Source: the human T2T-CHM13v2.0 reference genome, Homo sapiens. Taken from it: a stretch of DNA of 64,000 nucleotides. The DNA is taken from assembly GCF_009914755.1 (NCBI RefSeq), contig NC_060935.1. One strand, 5' to 3'. Both the position numbers and the translations under genes were made by a program. The notes under the pieces were generated by a model. It was not told the DNA's origin. It searched no databases and saw only the letters and a list, made by a program, of their open reading frames with translations. Each line of letters begins with the position of its first letter. Within the stretch, counting starts at the first letter, position 1. Of the stretch, positions 18,852-33,413 are shown piece by piece.

Positions 18852-19845
18852 TAAACCATTTTTAAGCGTACAATTCAGTGATATTAAGTAATTTACAATG
18901 TTGTGAAACCCTCATCATGATCCATCTCTGGCACATTTTTAACATTCCAAAAAGAAACTTGGTACCTATTAAACAATAACTCCCCATTCGCTCCTGTCCT
19001 TGGCCCATGGCAACCGCCATTGTATTTTCTGTCCTTCTGAATTTGACTATTTTAGGTAGCTCATATAAGTGGGAACATGCAGCATTTGTCCTTTTCTGTC
19101 TGGCGTATTTCACTTAGCATATGTCTTTAAGGTTCATCCATATTGTAGCATTTGTCAGAATTTTCCTTCATTTTTAAGACTGAATAATATTCCGTTGTAA
19201 GTATGTACTACATTTTGTTTATCCATTCATTTGTTGATCGACATTTGGGTTGTTTCCCCTTTTGGCTACTGTAAATAGTGCTTCTAGGAAGAGAAAACCA
19301 AATTTAAAGGCATGTCTCCAGTGCTGAGCATGATGATTGAATAGCAAATCATCATCACCCATAATTTGAAGACATGTGCAGCCCAGAAATGCATAGATTA
19401 AATGATTCAAGTTTAGAGAAAATGTGATGTATACAGGAAAACTTAGTGGGATCATAATAGCAGTCTTCTTGCTTAGGAAAATTATTTGGAACTTAGTAAC
19501 CAGTTGTTCTCTAGATTCCAGTAAGAATCATGGATCACACTTCAAAACCCACAGGCTCATTGAGAGAAAACAACTTAGTATTATGTTAACGTACAGACCC
19601 CAAAACCTTGATTCTTGGATATCCTAAAATATGATTTGGGATCCCCTCCAGAGGGCCTCAAATGACAAATTTTGTCTCTAAATCTTCCTCTCATTAGAAA
19701 GATATACACCCTTTCTATTAATATACTCTAGGTCTCAAGAGTAGGAATATTGTTATTAAGGATACTTCCCCTCTTAGGACTGTGTTTCTTAGTTAGAGGA
19801 AGTGAAGTTATAATGCTGTAACATCAGTACAAAGTTTGGGTCGTC

Positions 19846-19920
19846 AGGAGGTGGAGGTTGCAGTGAGCCAAGATTGCACCACCACACTCCAGCCTGGGTG
19901 ACAGAGCGAGACTCCATCTC

Positions 19921-19951
<31 letters not shown>

Positions 19952-19955
19952 GAAA
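19846..19955 (+). mobile_element. 5'-truncated Alu 3' fragment with (AAAAG)n tail
   Basis: 'aggaggtggaggttgcagtgagcc...gactccatctc' plus tail. Confidence 0.85.
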
Positions 19956-20364
19956 AGCCTAGGTCATAAGTCTGGGTCATACACTTTAGCACCAGACTTC
20001 TCTAAATAGGGAACTCACGTTAGAAATTTCTTCCTTGTATCAAGCTACTTATTGGTTCTAATTCCTCCTTTAGGAAACTTTGAAAGTAAATTTAATTATT
20101 CTTCCAACCATTGCAATGTTAATTGCTTAAATGAGTTATCGTTTTCCCATGAAGACCATCTCAAATTCCTTCAACCTGGTTCTGACATGATAGTTTCTAG
20201 TTTTCTTACCTTCTCTTCACATGCACTGAAGTTTGTCTATATCACTCTACAACTCACTCTACAATGTGCCTTCTCCCTCATCTCTCACCTCAACAAATTG
20301 AATGTTTTAATTTAAATGTGATCCATTAGCCCCTATAAAAGAGGGTCTATTATTTCTCTTGTTC

Positions 20365-20518
20365 TAGAATTGCACTGTACAACACAGTAGCCATTAGTTG
20401 CATAGGGCTATTTAAATTTAAATTAAATTAAGTAAAAAATTAGTTCCTCAGTTGCACTATTCACATTTCAAGTGTTCAATAGCCACATGGAGCTAGTGGT
20501 ACTATACAGATAGCACAA
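20365..20518. mobile_element. MER3-like hAT MITE
   Basis: Palindromic 'gtagccattagttgcat...atttaaatttaaat...agccacatg' body. Confidence 0.65.
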
Positions 20519-20915
20519 CATGTGCTTGCATTCTTCTCTAGAAAGTATTTTTTAATGTTTTGTCATTGTAATTGGTTGCATTTTTAAAAGCAAATTCCAT
20601 AATGCGTTATCATTTTTCGTGGTGAGTAAAAAACAAAAAAAATCACCAAATGTTGGTAAGTGTCAAGTCTCTGACTTTTAAGCCATTTACTTCTTGTTTA
20701 TTTTTTAAAGAAATTCTGGTATCTAAATATTTCATAATGTTTTGGCTTAAGGTGATAGCTTCAGGTTATTGCAGATAATGACTATATTGCTAATATACAA
20801 GACTTGAGCAAGCCATTTGAAATCATAGAAATGTTCTCTATTGCTATTATCAAACCTCTTTCAAAAACCCATTTATGCACAATGGAATAAAACAAAACTA
20901 GAAATCAATATCAGA

Positions 20916-21258
<343 letters not shown>

Positions 21259-23419
21259 TTAGAAATTAAACATTGCACTATTAAACAGCCTATGGGCCAA
21301 AGAAGAACACACGAGGGATTTAGGAAATACCTGGAGACAAGTGAAAACAAAAATACAACACACTAAAACTTATGGGATGCAGTAAAAGTGGCAATAACAG
21401 GGAAGTTCATAGCAATAAATGCTTACATGAAAAAAGAAAAATGTTTGCAAATCAACAGCCTAACTCTGCCCTTCAAGGAACTAGAAAAAGAAGAACAAAC
21501 CAAGTCCAAAGTCAGCAGAAGGAAGGGAATAATAAAGATTAGAACAGAGATAAAGGAAATAAAGTAAACATAAACCATAGAAAAGATCAAAAAAACTAAG
21601 AGTTGGTTTTTCAAAAAGATCAAAAATTTAACAAATTCATAGCTAGACTAAGAAAAATAGAGAAGACTCAAATAGCTAAAATTATAAATGGGCAATGAGA
21701 CATTAAAATGGATGTCACAGAAATAAAAATGATTTTGAGAGACTACTATGAACAATTGTACGCTAACAAATTGTATAACCTAGAAGAAACTGATAAATTC
21801 ATAGAAACATACAACCTACGAAGACTGAATCATAAAGAAATAAGAAATTTGAACAGACCTATAACTGAGAGGACATTGAAACAGTAATCAAAAACCTTTC
21901 AGTAATAACGACAACAATAAAAAGCCTAGGCCCAGATGGCTTCAGTGGAGAATTCTACTAAACATTTAAAGAAGAATTAACACCAATCCTCAAACTCTCC
22001 CAAAGAATAAGAGGAAGGAATGCCCCAAACTCATTCTATGAGGCAAGTATTACCCTGACACCAAGACAAAGACAAGAAAAGAAAACTACAGGCTGATATC
22101 CCTGATAAGCATAGATGCAAAAACCCTAAAAAGAAGGAATACTAGTAAACCAAATTCAATAGCTCATTAAAAGCATCATATACCATGACCAAATGGCAAT
22201 TATACCTGGAATACAAGGATGGCTCAACATATGAAAATCAGTCAATGTAATGTGCCACATTAACAAAATAAGGAACAAAAACTACATGATCATCTCAATT
22301 GATGCAGAAAAAGCATTTGACAAAATTTAACATCCTTTCATGATAAAAACAATCAATAAACTATGAATAGAGGGAAACTATCTCAACACGATAAAAGCCA
22401 TACACGAAAAGCCCACAGTTAATACCATATGCAACTAGGAACTACTGTTTTTCCTCTATGATCAGGAACAAAGCAAAGATGCCCATCCTTACCACTACTA
22501 TTCAACATAGTACTGAAATTTCCAGCCAGAGCAATTAAGACAAAACAAAACAAAAAAATTTTGTTATATATAGCATATGACAAAAAAAAGAAAAGACACA
22601 CAATTGGAAAAGCAGAAGTAAATTCTCTCTGTTCACAGATGACATGATCTTATATTTAGAAAATCTTAAAGATTCTGCACAGAAACTATTAGAACTAGGA
22701 AATGGATTCAGCAAAGTTTCAGCACACAAAACCAACACTCAAAAATCAGTTGCATTTCTATACCAATGACCAATTCAAAAAGAAAATTAAGAAAACAATC
22801 CCATTTCTTACAGCACCAAAAAGGATAAAATAGCTAGCAATATACTTAATTAAGGAGATGAAAGACCAAAAAGTATAAAACATTGCTGAAAGAAATAGAA
22901 TACAAATAAATGGAAAGATATCCCATGCTTGTGGATTGAAAGACCTAATCTTGTTTAAATATCATACTATCCAAAGCAATCTACAGCTCCAGTGCAATCT
23001 CTGTCAAAACCCAGTGGCATTTTTTGTAGAATTAGAAAATCATAAAATTCATGTAGAATCTCAAGGGATGTTGAGTAGCCTAAATAATATTGAAAGAGAA
23101 GAACAAAGTTGTAGGCCTCACACTCCTTGATTTTAAAACATACTTCAAAGCAACAATAATTAAGATGGTGTGGTACTGATATAAAGATAGCTATGTAGAC
23201 CAATGGAACAGAACAAAAAGCCCAGAAATAAACCCTGGCATATCTGGCTACATGATTTTCAGGAAGTGTGCCACAACTACACAGTAGGGAAAAAAAGAAC
23301 AGTCCCTTTAACAAATAGTATTGGGAAAACTGAATATTGACATGCAAAAGAATGAAGCTGGACTCTTACTTTATAGCATATACAAAAATTAACTCAAAAT
23401 GGATTAAAGACCTAAATGT

Positions 23420-23452
23420 ATCACTTCTCGGCCTTTTGGCTAAGATCAAGTG
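23420..23452 (+). pseudogene. 3'-truncated U2 snRNA retrocopy (U2 nt 1-33)
   Basis: atcacttctcggccttttggctaagatcaagtg equals the U2 5' end with one mismatch; flanked by aagacctaaatgt / aagtcctaaatgt direct repeats; no poly-A. Confidence 0.9.
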
Positions 23453-24716
23453 AAGTCCTAAATGTAAGATCCAAAACTATTAAACTTCTAGAAGAAAATA
23501 GAAGGGAAAGGATTTAGGACAGTAATTTCTTGGCTATGACACCAAATGCAAGGCAACAAAATAAAAAAACAAACAAACAAATGGGACTACATCAAACTTA
23601 AAAACTTCTGCATAGCCATAGAAAACAATCAACAGAATGAAAAGGCAACCAACAGTATGGGAAGAAATAATTGCAAATATTATATCTGATAAGGTATTAA
23701 TATCCAGAATATGTAAAAAAACAAATAGATTTAAAAATTGGCAAAGAAGTTGAATAGATATTTCTTCACAAAAGATATACAAGTGGCCAATAAACACATA
23801 AAAAGATGTTCAATATCACTAATCATTAGGGAACTGCAAATCAAAATTACAATGAGGTATCACCTCACATCCATCAGGATGGCCGCTATCAACAGAACAC
23901 AAAACAGCAAGTGTTTGTGAGGATGTGAAGAAGTTGGAACCTTTGTGCACTGTGAGTGGGAATGTAAAATAGTGCAACCATACATACCGAAAAACAGTAC
24001 GGAGGTTCCTCACAAATTAAAAGTAGAATTGCCATACAATCCAACAATCCCACTGTGGCTAGATATTCACAAAGCAAAGTGAATTATTTCCAAATAATTC
24101 AAGGAGATACTTGCACACCCATGTTCATCACAAGACTATTTCCAATAGCCAAGAGGTGAAGCACCTCAAATGTCCATCAACAGGTGAATAGATAATGAAA
24201 ATGTGGCATATACATACAGTGAAAAACCATGCAACCTTAGTAAAGGAAGGAAATCATGTCACATACACACATGGATGAACCTTGAGGATATTATGCGAAG
24301 TGGAAGAAGCCAGTGACAAAAGGATAAATACTATAGGATTCCACTCCTATGATGTATTCATAGCAGTCAAAATCATAGACACAGACAGTAGAAAGGTGGT
24401 TATCAAGGGCTGGTAGGAGAGGGAGTTAGTATTTAGTGGTATAGAGTTTTAGTGTTTCTGGGTAAAAATGTTCTAGAGATCTGTTGCAACCATGTGAATA
24501 TACTTAACACTACCGTACTGTACACTGAAAAAATGGTTAAGAGGATAAATTTAAATGGTTAAGAGGAAAAATGGTTAAGAGGATAATGTTGTTTTGTTAC
24601 CACAGTAGTAACTTTTAAAAACCCTCATGTATGTTCTTTCCCTTTCATGGCAAATAAACTTAAATGTGGAAATCAAGAGTATGTCATTTCTTTGTCCAAC
24701 TTGCTAAAATGAAATA

Positions 24717-24945
24717 CAATTGTCCCTCTATGTATGTGGGGAATTGGTTGCAGGACACCTATGTAGATGAAAATTCACTCATGCTCAAGCCCCGAACCTG
24801 AGTATATGAAAAGTTGGCCCTCTGTATACATGGGTTTAACATCCTGCAAATATTTATTTCAATATTTGATCCACATTTGATTGAAAAAAAGTCAGATATA
24901 GGTGGACCAGTGCAGTTCAAACCCCTGTTGTTCAAGGGTCGACTG
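24717..24945 (+). mobile_element. MER8
   Basis: caattgtccctc...ttcaagggtcgactg; inverse homologue of 13064-13304. Confidence 0.8.
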
Positions 24946-25699
24946 TTGTCTCAGTTGTTCAGTATCCATTAATGACTTGAATTCTCTATTTTCTTCGATA
25001 CTGAATCAACGTTAGGAGGCATGTGATTAAAAACAGTTCTCTGTTAATAAAGGAGCAGGTGAGTTGGCATTCAAGTACAAGTCTTGCTGCACACATAGCT
25101 GCTGCTCTCATAGGAGTAATCCCAATCTTCTTTTCCAGTCTACACCATGGATCGCAAAATAATTTGTGTAAAAATTCTTCCTGTACAGCATGAGTTTTCA
25201 ATGACAACCAGATGCAAAAAGTCATCAAGTGCTTCAGGCTCTTATACATGCTGCACAGATGCCAGGAACGTATTCTTGCTCCGCATATAAATCATTTCCA
25301 TCTACTATAAAGCAAAATGTGTTCTAGTACATACTTTTTCATTCACATTATGTGCTATTGACAGTATGTTTGTATAACAGTATCATTTGATATAGGAATT
25401 TTGCTGACTTACTTCTGATTTAGCATCAACTATATGTATCATTAGCTTGTGGTTGGCTTTATAAGCTTCTTGCCAGTGCTTTGTGTTGTACCTTTTTTCA
25501 CTATCAGGAGTACAATGACAAATGATAACTTGGTAATTCTAGTCTTTTTTCTTTTTACTTTATTGACAAAACTCATCAAGTTGATACTGGAAACCAATAT
25601 CTTGTTCTTGTTCATTCTTGTTCTGGAGAAAAGTAAATTGCCTTAGCAGAGAGGTGAGTGTGCTTTGCCTGACAATTATATAAAAGTCTTTGATGGCTT

Positions 25700-26400
25700 T
25701 AGTCCTCTATAGGCTAGGACTTTTATACAGGTGATAAAAATCTACCTCAAAGTAGCCTAAGGAGGAGTGGGAAGCACTGAATTAACTCAAAACTGAGAAG
25801 GCAGAAAAAGTGCAAAATAATTGAGGGATGTTGTATCCAGATATTTGAAGGATATGGCCAGGCCTCTGTATCTCCCATGCCACCTCTCGGCTCTGCAGTT
25901 TTCTGTTGGCTTCATTTTCAGGCAGGTTCTTTACATGTGGCAGCTGAAAGGTTGTATGATCCTTGTGATTTGTGACCTCACAGTAATAGAACACTTTCCT
26001 AGCACCTGTATATAGATAAAAATAATAGGGAAGGCTGGACGCAGTGGCTCACACCTATAATCCCAGCACTTTGGGAGGCCGAGGCAGGTGGATCATGAGG
26101 TCAGGAGTTCGAGACCAGCCTGGCCAATATGGTGAAACTCCGTGCCTACTAAAAATACAAAAATTAGCCGGGCGTGGTGGCACACGCCTGTAATCCCAGC
26201 TACTTGGGAGCCTGAGGCAGAAGAATTGCTTAACCCGGGAGACAGAGGTTGCAGTGAGCCAAGATCATGCCACTGCACTCCAGCCTGGGCGACAGAGAGA
26301 GACTCTGTGTCAATAAATAAATAAATAAATAAATAAGGAAGACTCTGGTTGTCCCAGTTTGGATCACAATTCCATGCTGAAATCAATAACACTGGTTGAG
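25700..26400 (-). mobile_element. Old MLT1 (J/K/L-like) LTR remnant split by an Alu
   Basis: 'ttctgttggcttcattttcaggcagg' and related motifs typical of old MaLR LTRs. Confidence 0.45.
26033..26336 (+). mobile_element. AluS-like element with (TAAA)n tail
   Basis: Full dimer read directly. Confidence 0.92.
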
Positions 26401-28222
26401 GATAGATTATTTTGATTATCAAGCCTGTACAATATGCCCACTCCTGTGGACAGATTTTATTGCTAGAAGTGAAGGAAAGAATATACACATAAAATATTTT
26501 TCTTCTATTGCAGACACTACTTAAAGTTTCATCAAAAATAATACCCAAGAGGCAAATAGACTAATGATCCAATAAAATTCAGTTTTCAGAGATTCATGCT
26601 TATATTTCTTTTTAGCACATTTTGTTCTATGTAATTGCGCAAAATCAACACATTCACAGATAATTTGAAAAGAAGCTCTTCTCTTTATATTTAAAAAGTT
26701 ATTTTGAGTTGAAGTATTTCTGTTACTAATGTTTTCAACCTCTTTTACATTCAATAATTCACTCTTAAGCCTTTGATTGATTTATTTTATGGTGAAGATA
26801 TAAAATTACATAATAGAAACCAATAAATTGTAAAGAAAAACCCATAGTAATGTAAAATAAATACATGTTTATGAAGACCAAGGTGCTCCAGGTTAACTGA
26901 ATCTTAGTCAAGATTAACTGATCAGATAAACTTTATGATTCATGCACCATTTTTAAGAAAGCAATTTTTATGAAAAATATAGTGAAACTGTGGAAAAATC
27001 ATAAACTACAATTTAAATTTATGAAGTATAAATAAACAAAATGTTTAAATGCTTTTCTTTGAGAACTACCAAAATAGCTTCTGAGCCCTTCATAGATGAC
27101 CTCAGACCATACTCTGAGAACTGGCTCTTTTGCTTCTCAGAGCATTTTCAGAATCAGCTTTTCCACATGCCTGTGTACCACAACCACCTAAGTAGCTGTT
27201 TAAAAACCTGCATTTCCACATCTAGCTTCTAACCGATCAAACCAGACTTTTCTTGGGTGATGCCCAGGAATCTGTATGTTTAGTCTTTTAATGTAATTAT
27301 AATACATCTCTGTTGGCACCTGGCAATACGACCAATTTAGGAACCACAACCTAAAGTATCCTCTTTCCAGTCTATTTCCCCACTGTCAAGCAACTTACAC
27401 ATGCCCATTCATCCTGTCCATGTACCCCCTCGGTTTTCATTTAAACCTATCACCTGGCTGGGTTTTTACCAATGGTGCCGTTGGAAGAACAGGGAAGCAG
27501 CTACCAAGATAGGAAACTCATAATCTTTATGGAAGTTTCATCAGCAGCCTGATTACCTGGCAGCTTGTTTCTCCCTTCACCTACTCTGGATCCAAAGAAA
27601 CTAGGTCTTTCTGCCTCTTCTGCATGTCATGAAAAAAGGGATTCTGATGCTCCATGGAGATCACTCCATTTTCTGCACATTAATTACCCCAGGAAGAGGG
27701 GAGGAGGGATGAAGCATGAAATAAAAGTGCTCGGGAATATAGGTGGGTATGTTTCCTGTATCCTCCCTTACTCATCTCTGTCTTAATTATCTGGATCTCA
27801 GAGATATTTATATGTGCTTCTGGCATGGTGGGACCTGGGCAGAGAAATTATTCTGTGCCAGTTTTCAAATATTTGGTCAGTGTATATGGAGAGGGCAATA
27901 TGAAGACTGTGCAGTGGTACAGCAGAGAAAGCTCCGTGATGCCCCTAATGTCTTGAGCAATCTAGTTGTGACCTCAACGTTGCACATTCCACTGAGCCAA
28001 ATAAAAGCTCTGTGATTAGGAGACCTGCCCTACTCAGAAGGCAGTTTGGTATCAGTCCATTGCCACTTGATTATGTTTCTTAAGGGGTAGGCAGGTGCTA
28101 TTTTAATGTTCCATACTCTAAGCAGTTTATCGATTTTTTTTCCAATGACAAAGAACACTGTCTGTGAGAACAATTGTAATGAGTAGTTTCTGTCTTTCTA
28201 TATATTTGGTGCTAGTTTACAG

Positions 28223-28399
28223 CAGGGGTCAGCAAACTAACAGCTGCCAGCCAAATCCAGCCTGCAGCCTGTGAGCTAAGAATAATTTTTTAAAAATCTT
28301 TTTAAAGATTTGTAAAAATAAAACAAAGATTAATATGTGGCCTGTAATGCCTAAATTATTTACTATCTGACCCTTTACAGGAAAATTTGCTGATCCCTG
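28223..28399 (+). mobile_element. MER58A (hAT-Charlie MITE)
   Basis: Terminal inverted repeats caggggtcagcaaact ... tttgctgatccctg. Confidence 0.78.
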
Positions 28400-28541
28400 A
28401 GTTAGAGGCCTTTTAGACTGACGTACCTGGTTACTAACTGGCTGACCCTCTTAATTTAACTCTTCTTGGCTCCACCATGAAGACCAGCTAAGAGTAATTT
28501 CTGACCTAGTTCTAATATCTGCCTTCCAGTTTACCAGATCC

Positions 28542-28752
28542 CAGTGGTGTGCAGATGAACAGTGGTGTGCAGAACCAGCTCTCTGGACGTAAAAGTCCTG
28601 ATTTGTAGCATCTGCCAGTTTTTGTTGTGTAAATACTCCCTTCCATGGCTGATTTTAAGCTACCAAAGTGATGTCCCTGAACGTGGAAATGGGAATAGAT
28701 GCACACAGTCAGATCTTGCTAGATGATACAAGTCGTCTCCAGCACACCATAG
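28542..28752 (+). mobile_element. MER63A (hAT MITE)
   Basis: cagtggtgtgc...agcacacc termini; perfect 8-bp TSD ccagatcc at 28534-28541 and 28753-28760. Confidence 0.8.
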
Positions 28753-29439
28753 CCAGATCCCAAATGTTTCAAAGTATCTGACATGGTGGAAAGAACATCA
28801 TCTGCAACTGGTTAAATATTCCTAAGTTCAAACCCAGTCTTCACCACTTAATGAACTGCATAATCTTCGATAAGTCATTTAACTTCCATGAGTGTGTTTT
28901 TACATTTGCGAACCTAAGATAATGCCACACATCTTTCAGGTAGAAGAGTTTGGGAATAGTAAGAGCAGGTACTGGTGAATACACTACACAGTTCCTGGTA
29001 CACATCTTCCCACTTCCCCCCACTGAGAGGAGGTTTCTCATTCCCTCCTCCCTCATCTTCTCGACAGCTCTCTGTGTAAACCACAACTGGATGTGAGCCC
29101 AGTAAATCTTCCTTCTAGGTTTGTTGGGGGAGAGTGAGGGTTACCAGAAGTGTTTGGGCCCTAGGAAAAGTTTGAGGTCTGAGAGAGTTGGCTGGGGCCT
29201 GCTACTAAGCAGGACAAACTTGGAAGAATAAATTAGATAGCATGTCCTGAGCATGTCTATCACGGGAGAATGTCCGTTTGATTCCATTTTAAGGGCTGAG
29301 TTCTGCTGTTATTTTTCTCTGTGTCTACAATGCTGGGCTCAATTGTGTAGTCTATAGAGCAACTCAATATATAATTGCTGTATGAATGAATGAATAATAA
29401 ATATCAGCAATAAATTAATACAATCATGATCATCCCAGC

Positions 29440-29660
29440 GATTAGGAAACTGAGCTCTGAATAGCCTGGATTCAAATCCCAACCTGGTTCCTTACTATCA
29501 GATCTGTATCTTTGGACAAGTTATTTAACTTCTCTGTATTTTGGTTTCATAACTTGTAAAATGAATGCTATTAGCAATTATCTCATAGAGTGGAGTTAAA
29601 GTACTTAGTGAAATAAGCCTGGCGCATTGCAGGTACCCAATAATATAAGCTATTATTATC
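29440..29660 (+). mobile_element. MIR SINE
   Basis: Core 'cctggattcaaatccc...ttggacaagttatttaacttctctg'. Confidence 0.7.
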
Positions 29661-31806
29661 ATTACCATCAAAGTCAACATTAACAACAAAACACACATTG
29701 AAATCTACTATACATCATGCTCTTAGTTGAATCTATTAATCCAATCATCACTTCAAGGAGAGAAAACATGCAACAATATGACTACCACTCTAATGTGTCA
29801 CAATGCCTAATTTTAATAAACCAAATTCATTGCAACTAAATATTTACATTCTTTTGATCTCTCATGCTCATCAAACTAAAGGGGCAAAGGCTACAATAAT
29901 TGTGGGATAAAAGCTGAGGTTCTCTTACACTTGAGGGGTCTGAAAAGAAACTCCAGGGGGCTCCCAGTGGTCAAATATGGGACAATTTGAGCACCAAAAA
30001 GGAAAGAATGACTGTAAATGTTTAAAAACACATTGAATTATACTTGATGTGTGTATGTTTGAGGCAGAGAGAGGGAGGAGACCTTATTTATCATCATTGG
30101 AGGTAGCTAGTGTAGACATATTGCTGTGGTCTGAATGTTGGTGTCTCCCTAAAATTCTTATGGTGAAACTGAACCCCCAAAGTAATGGTATTAAGAAATG
30201 GGGCTCGCTCTGCTCTCTCCTTGCAAAGAGTTAATCATTTCTGTTTTAGTCCATCACAAACTTAAGTCTGTACTCCTCCTTAATGATTATACTAACATTA
30301 GAAGAAATCCACTGAGTGATCGTTGGGAAGGATGAGGAATTTAGAACACTTCCAGCTTCTCTCCTCCACTGTAAGATCTGTTCCTTGTATTATTAGTTTC
30401 AGTTCTTCTGTTGTTTTTTATTAGTTTCAATTATATCCTCAAACCTCTATTTCATGTTAGATGTCGTGTAGTCAGTGTATCTTTACTGCCAACATGTGAG
30501 ATAAATAATAATGCCCCTCCACTACTTCCTCCTTCCTTTTACCTCCCTCCCAATCCAAACCCAGGAAATGACAGAAATAATATGTTTAAAGAACAAATTA
30601 ATAACCATTCTAGGAAACAAGAGAAAGTAACAACACCAGATGAGAAATATGAGCAATCTGAAAGTCAGAAAACAGTGTTTGTCCTGGGGGATATGAGGAG
30701 GCAGCAGCCTAATGTGGCAGAGGACTGGGTGCCACAGGCTCAGGAGGGTCGGGGAGCTGCTTGGTTGTGCCTTGGCTTCTCTTCACATTGTCCTTGGTGG
30801 ACGTTTGCCCGTTCTGTTGTCATTGTGCACACCTGATGTGAATCAGAGGTGACCATTAGATCCATTGAATGCATATGGGCAGAGAAGGAGTTTATAACAG
30901 TCACAGACTTTGCTTCTCCAGGCCTAATGGACAATCTGCAGAAGCAGCTGTCGCCAGCCTCAAGTGCTCACCTGGACCTGCTTCTAGAGGCTGTGGTGAT
31001 GAGGGTCAGGCCACAGGGCATGCGGCTCCTCTGAAGCAGTTTCCTGGTCGTGTTTAGAGGCTGGGAGCCTTGAGAGGTGAGTGGGCCCTGAGCGGGTATG
31101 GTACTTTGGCTAGTGTACAGGGCCCCTGAAGACCCTGTCCTGATTCTCCTCCATCAGTCTTTCTTAGACCTACTGCCTCCTAACACTTGCTTGGTTCCCA
31201 TTATCATGCTGTCGTGCTTCTTTCAAACCCAGCTCAAGTGCCTGGACATATATCCTTCAGTCTGCAGCTGAACATGGACAGTGTTTGCTGCACTGGCTGG
31301 GGCACAGTTGGGGTTGTCTCTGACCTCTGCAATGATCAAGTCTTGGTTCTTTTCTCACCTATCGGCAGCATTTAATGATTTAATGCTATCTCCTCCTTGA
31401 AACCATTTCACTTGTTTCTAGGGAGGCTGCTTCTGTAGTGTTCTGTTTTTAAGAACCCCTTCAGGAAAATAAAGTCAGAGCAGTGCAAGTAGAATGAATG
31501 GTTTCTTATGAATATATTCACCAGTTGGCATGGAGGGCCCTGAGCCATTGGATCTGAGCAGCACCCTGCATATTAACAGAGGGGCGACTCAGCTAGGGGA
31601 AGACCGACTACAGGGGAGAGAGTCTCACCTGAGTCAAGCCCCAGCCTTCTGAATCCCTTGATATATCTGAAGGCCTGCTTCTCCATAAAGCAAGTGTTTC
31701 CTCTGAAGTTAACAACAAACATTTTGCTGTTTCTGCTTTTCATATGTGTCGGGGTAGCACAGGCCACATGTTCAGGTTCATACCTTAGAAAGCTTCTGGG
31801 TCAAAA

Positions 31807-32110
31807 GCTGCAGTGTCCAATTCAGTAGCCACTTGCCATGTGTGGCTGCTAAACACTTGAAATGTAGCTGGTGCAAATGCAGGTGTGCTCTAAGTGTAAA
31901 GTGATCACCAGATTTCAAAGCAAAAAAACACCAGAATATAAAATATCTCATTAATAATCTTTATGTTGATGATGTGTTGAAATGATTATAGGTTGAATAT
32001 ATTAAGTTAAAATATGTTATCAAAATTAATTTATTTCCTTATACTTTTAAAATAGGTTTACTGGGAAATTTCAAATTACTTGTCTGGGTTACATTTCTAT
32101 TTTTAATGTA
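31807..32110. mobile_element. MER33-like hAT MITE
   Basis: 'gtgtccaattcagtagccacttgccatgtgtggct...cacttgaaatg' plus AT-rich body. Confidence 0.6.
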
Positions 32111-33413
32111 TTCAGGTCCAGGCACAGTTGAGCTCATGATTTTGTACTGAGGTCACTCTCAGAGATGGTTTAGGAGGATCTGATAAAGAGCTTCTTATTC
32201 TCTAGAGAGCAGTTACCACTTTTTTCCCTTAGGTGATGAACAGAAGAGACATCTTGACCCAGATGAACTTGATGAGATAGATCCCATTGTTAAATTGGTT
32301 ACCCTTACTCAAGCACCTGCCTGCAGTCCTAGCCTATAGGAAATCCCCTGCTCCTGCCCCCACATACACCTTTTCCTTTCCCCCAGGAGTTCTCTCACCT
32401 TCAGCAGGATGTTAAGATGACCCCTCTGAGGACCATCCTGGGGGTTGCGGGTTGTGAGTGTACTGAGGTCTGATTGACGGTGATTAGTGTTCATGTGGGA
32501 TCACCTGGTTTGGCTTATTCAGGTTTTCTTTCTTCAGGTTTTTTTTTTTTTTTGTAAATATTCAAATCAGACTCTGCTGTTCTGTGTGCCTCAGGGAGCA
32601 ATACATGATCCTTCAGAGCAGGACCATAATGGAATGACAAGGAGCATACTTTAGTGATTGAGCAAATCACAAAACCTGTCTCTGCCTGATCATCCGTGTT
32701 GGTGGGTTTGTAACTATATGGATACAACCTGCTGCTGTTTCTTGTCAGGACTATGCCCCATTTCTGGATCCTCTCTGTTAGAGAAAGGGAGCCTGAGCAC
32801 ACCTGCATTGAAATTAAAGGAGTCAGAGAAGGTGAGGTGAATAAAGGCATGTGGAGGATTAGCTGACAGGAGGTCAGAGAGAATGGAAAATACAGAGGAA
32901 AGAGATGGTGATGATTTTAGTAGCTTTGGGGAATTGACTTTGGGTCAGGCACTGTGCCCAGTGTTTTAGTATTGATAATATTTTATTTACTTCTCATACT
33001 AATCCCCGAGGCAGGTAGTAAAATTATCCCATTTTATAGATGAAAAAACTGGAAGAGAGAGAGGATAAATAATCTGTCAAAATCATAACAATGGCCAGTG
33101 GCAGGAGGAGGATTTGAGCATGGGTCTCAGTCTGGAGCACGTGTCTTTAGTTACTGTATTCTACTGCCCATAGATAGAAATAGAACAGGGGAATGTAAGT
33201 GGAAAAGAGAAAGGCACATCAAAAGGAAAAAGCAAGTAGAAAAAGAGTAAAACAAGGGTGCACTAGAAATGTGAGTTGTGATGTTTGACTTGAAAGAGAT
33301 GAGTTTAAAAAGAGGAGGCAGTAAAAAGGAAACTGGAAAGAAAATGGAGTCTCAACCTTTTCTTCATGCATCTAGAAGATTCTTATTCTCACATTTCCCA
33401 GAAAATTCCTATT

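Noticed and set aside
30411-31057. Cluster of 60-141-aa ORFs in slightly GC-richer sequence
   Set aside because: No recognisable domains, no consistent splice structure, and no retrocopy hallmarks (poly-A, TSD).
32220-32340. Strong-looking splice acceptor (ttttttcccttag|G at 32233) as a downstream alternative exon
   Set aside because: Only short frames follow, with no recognisable homology; such motifs are common by chance and need RNA evidence.
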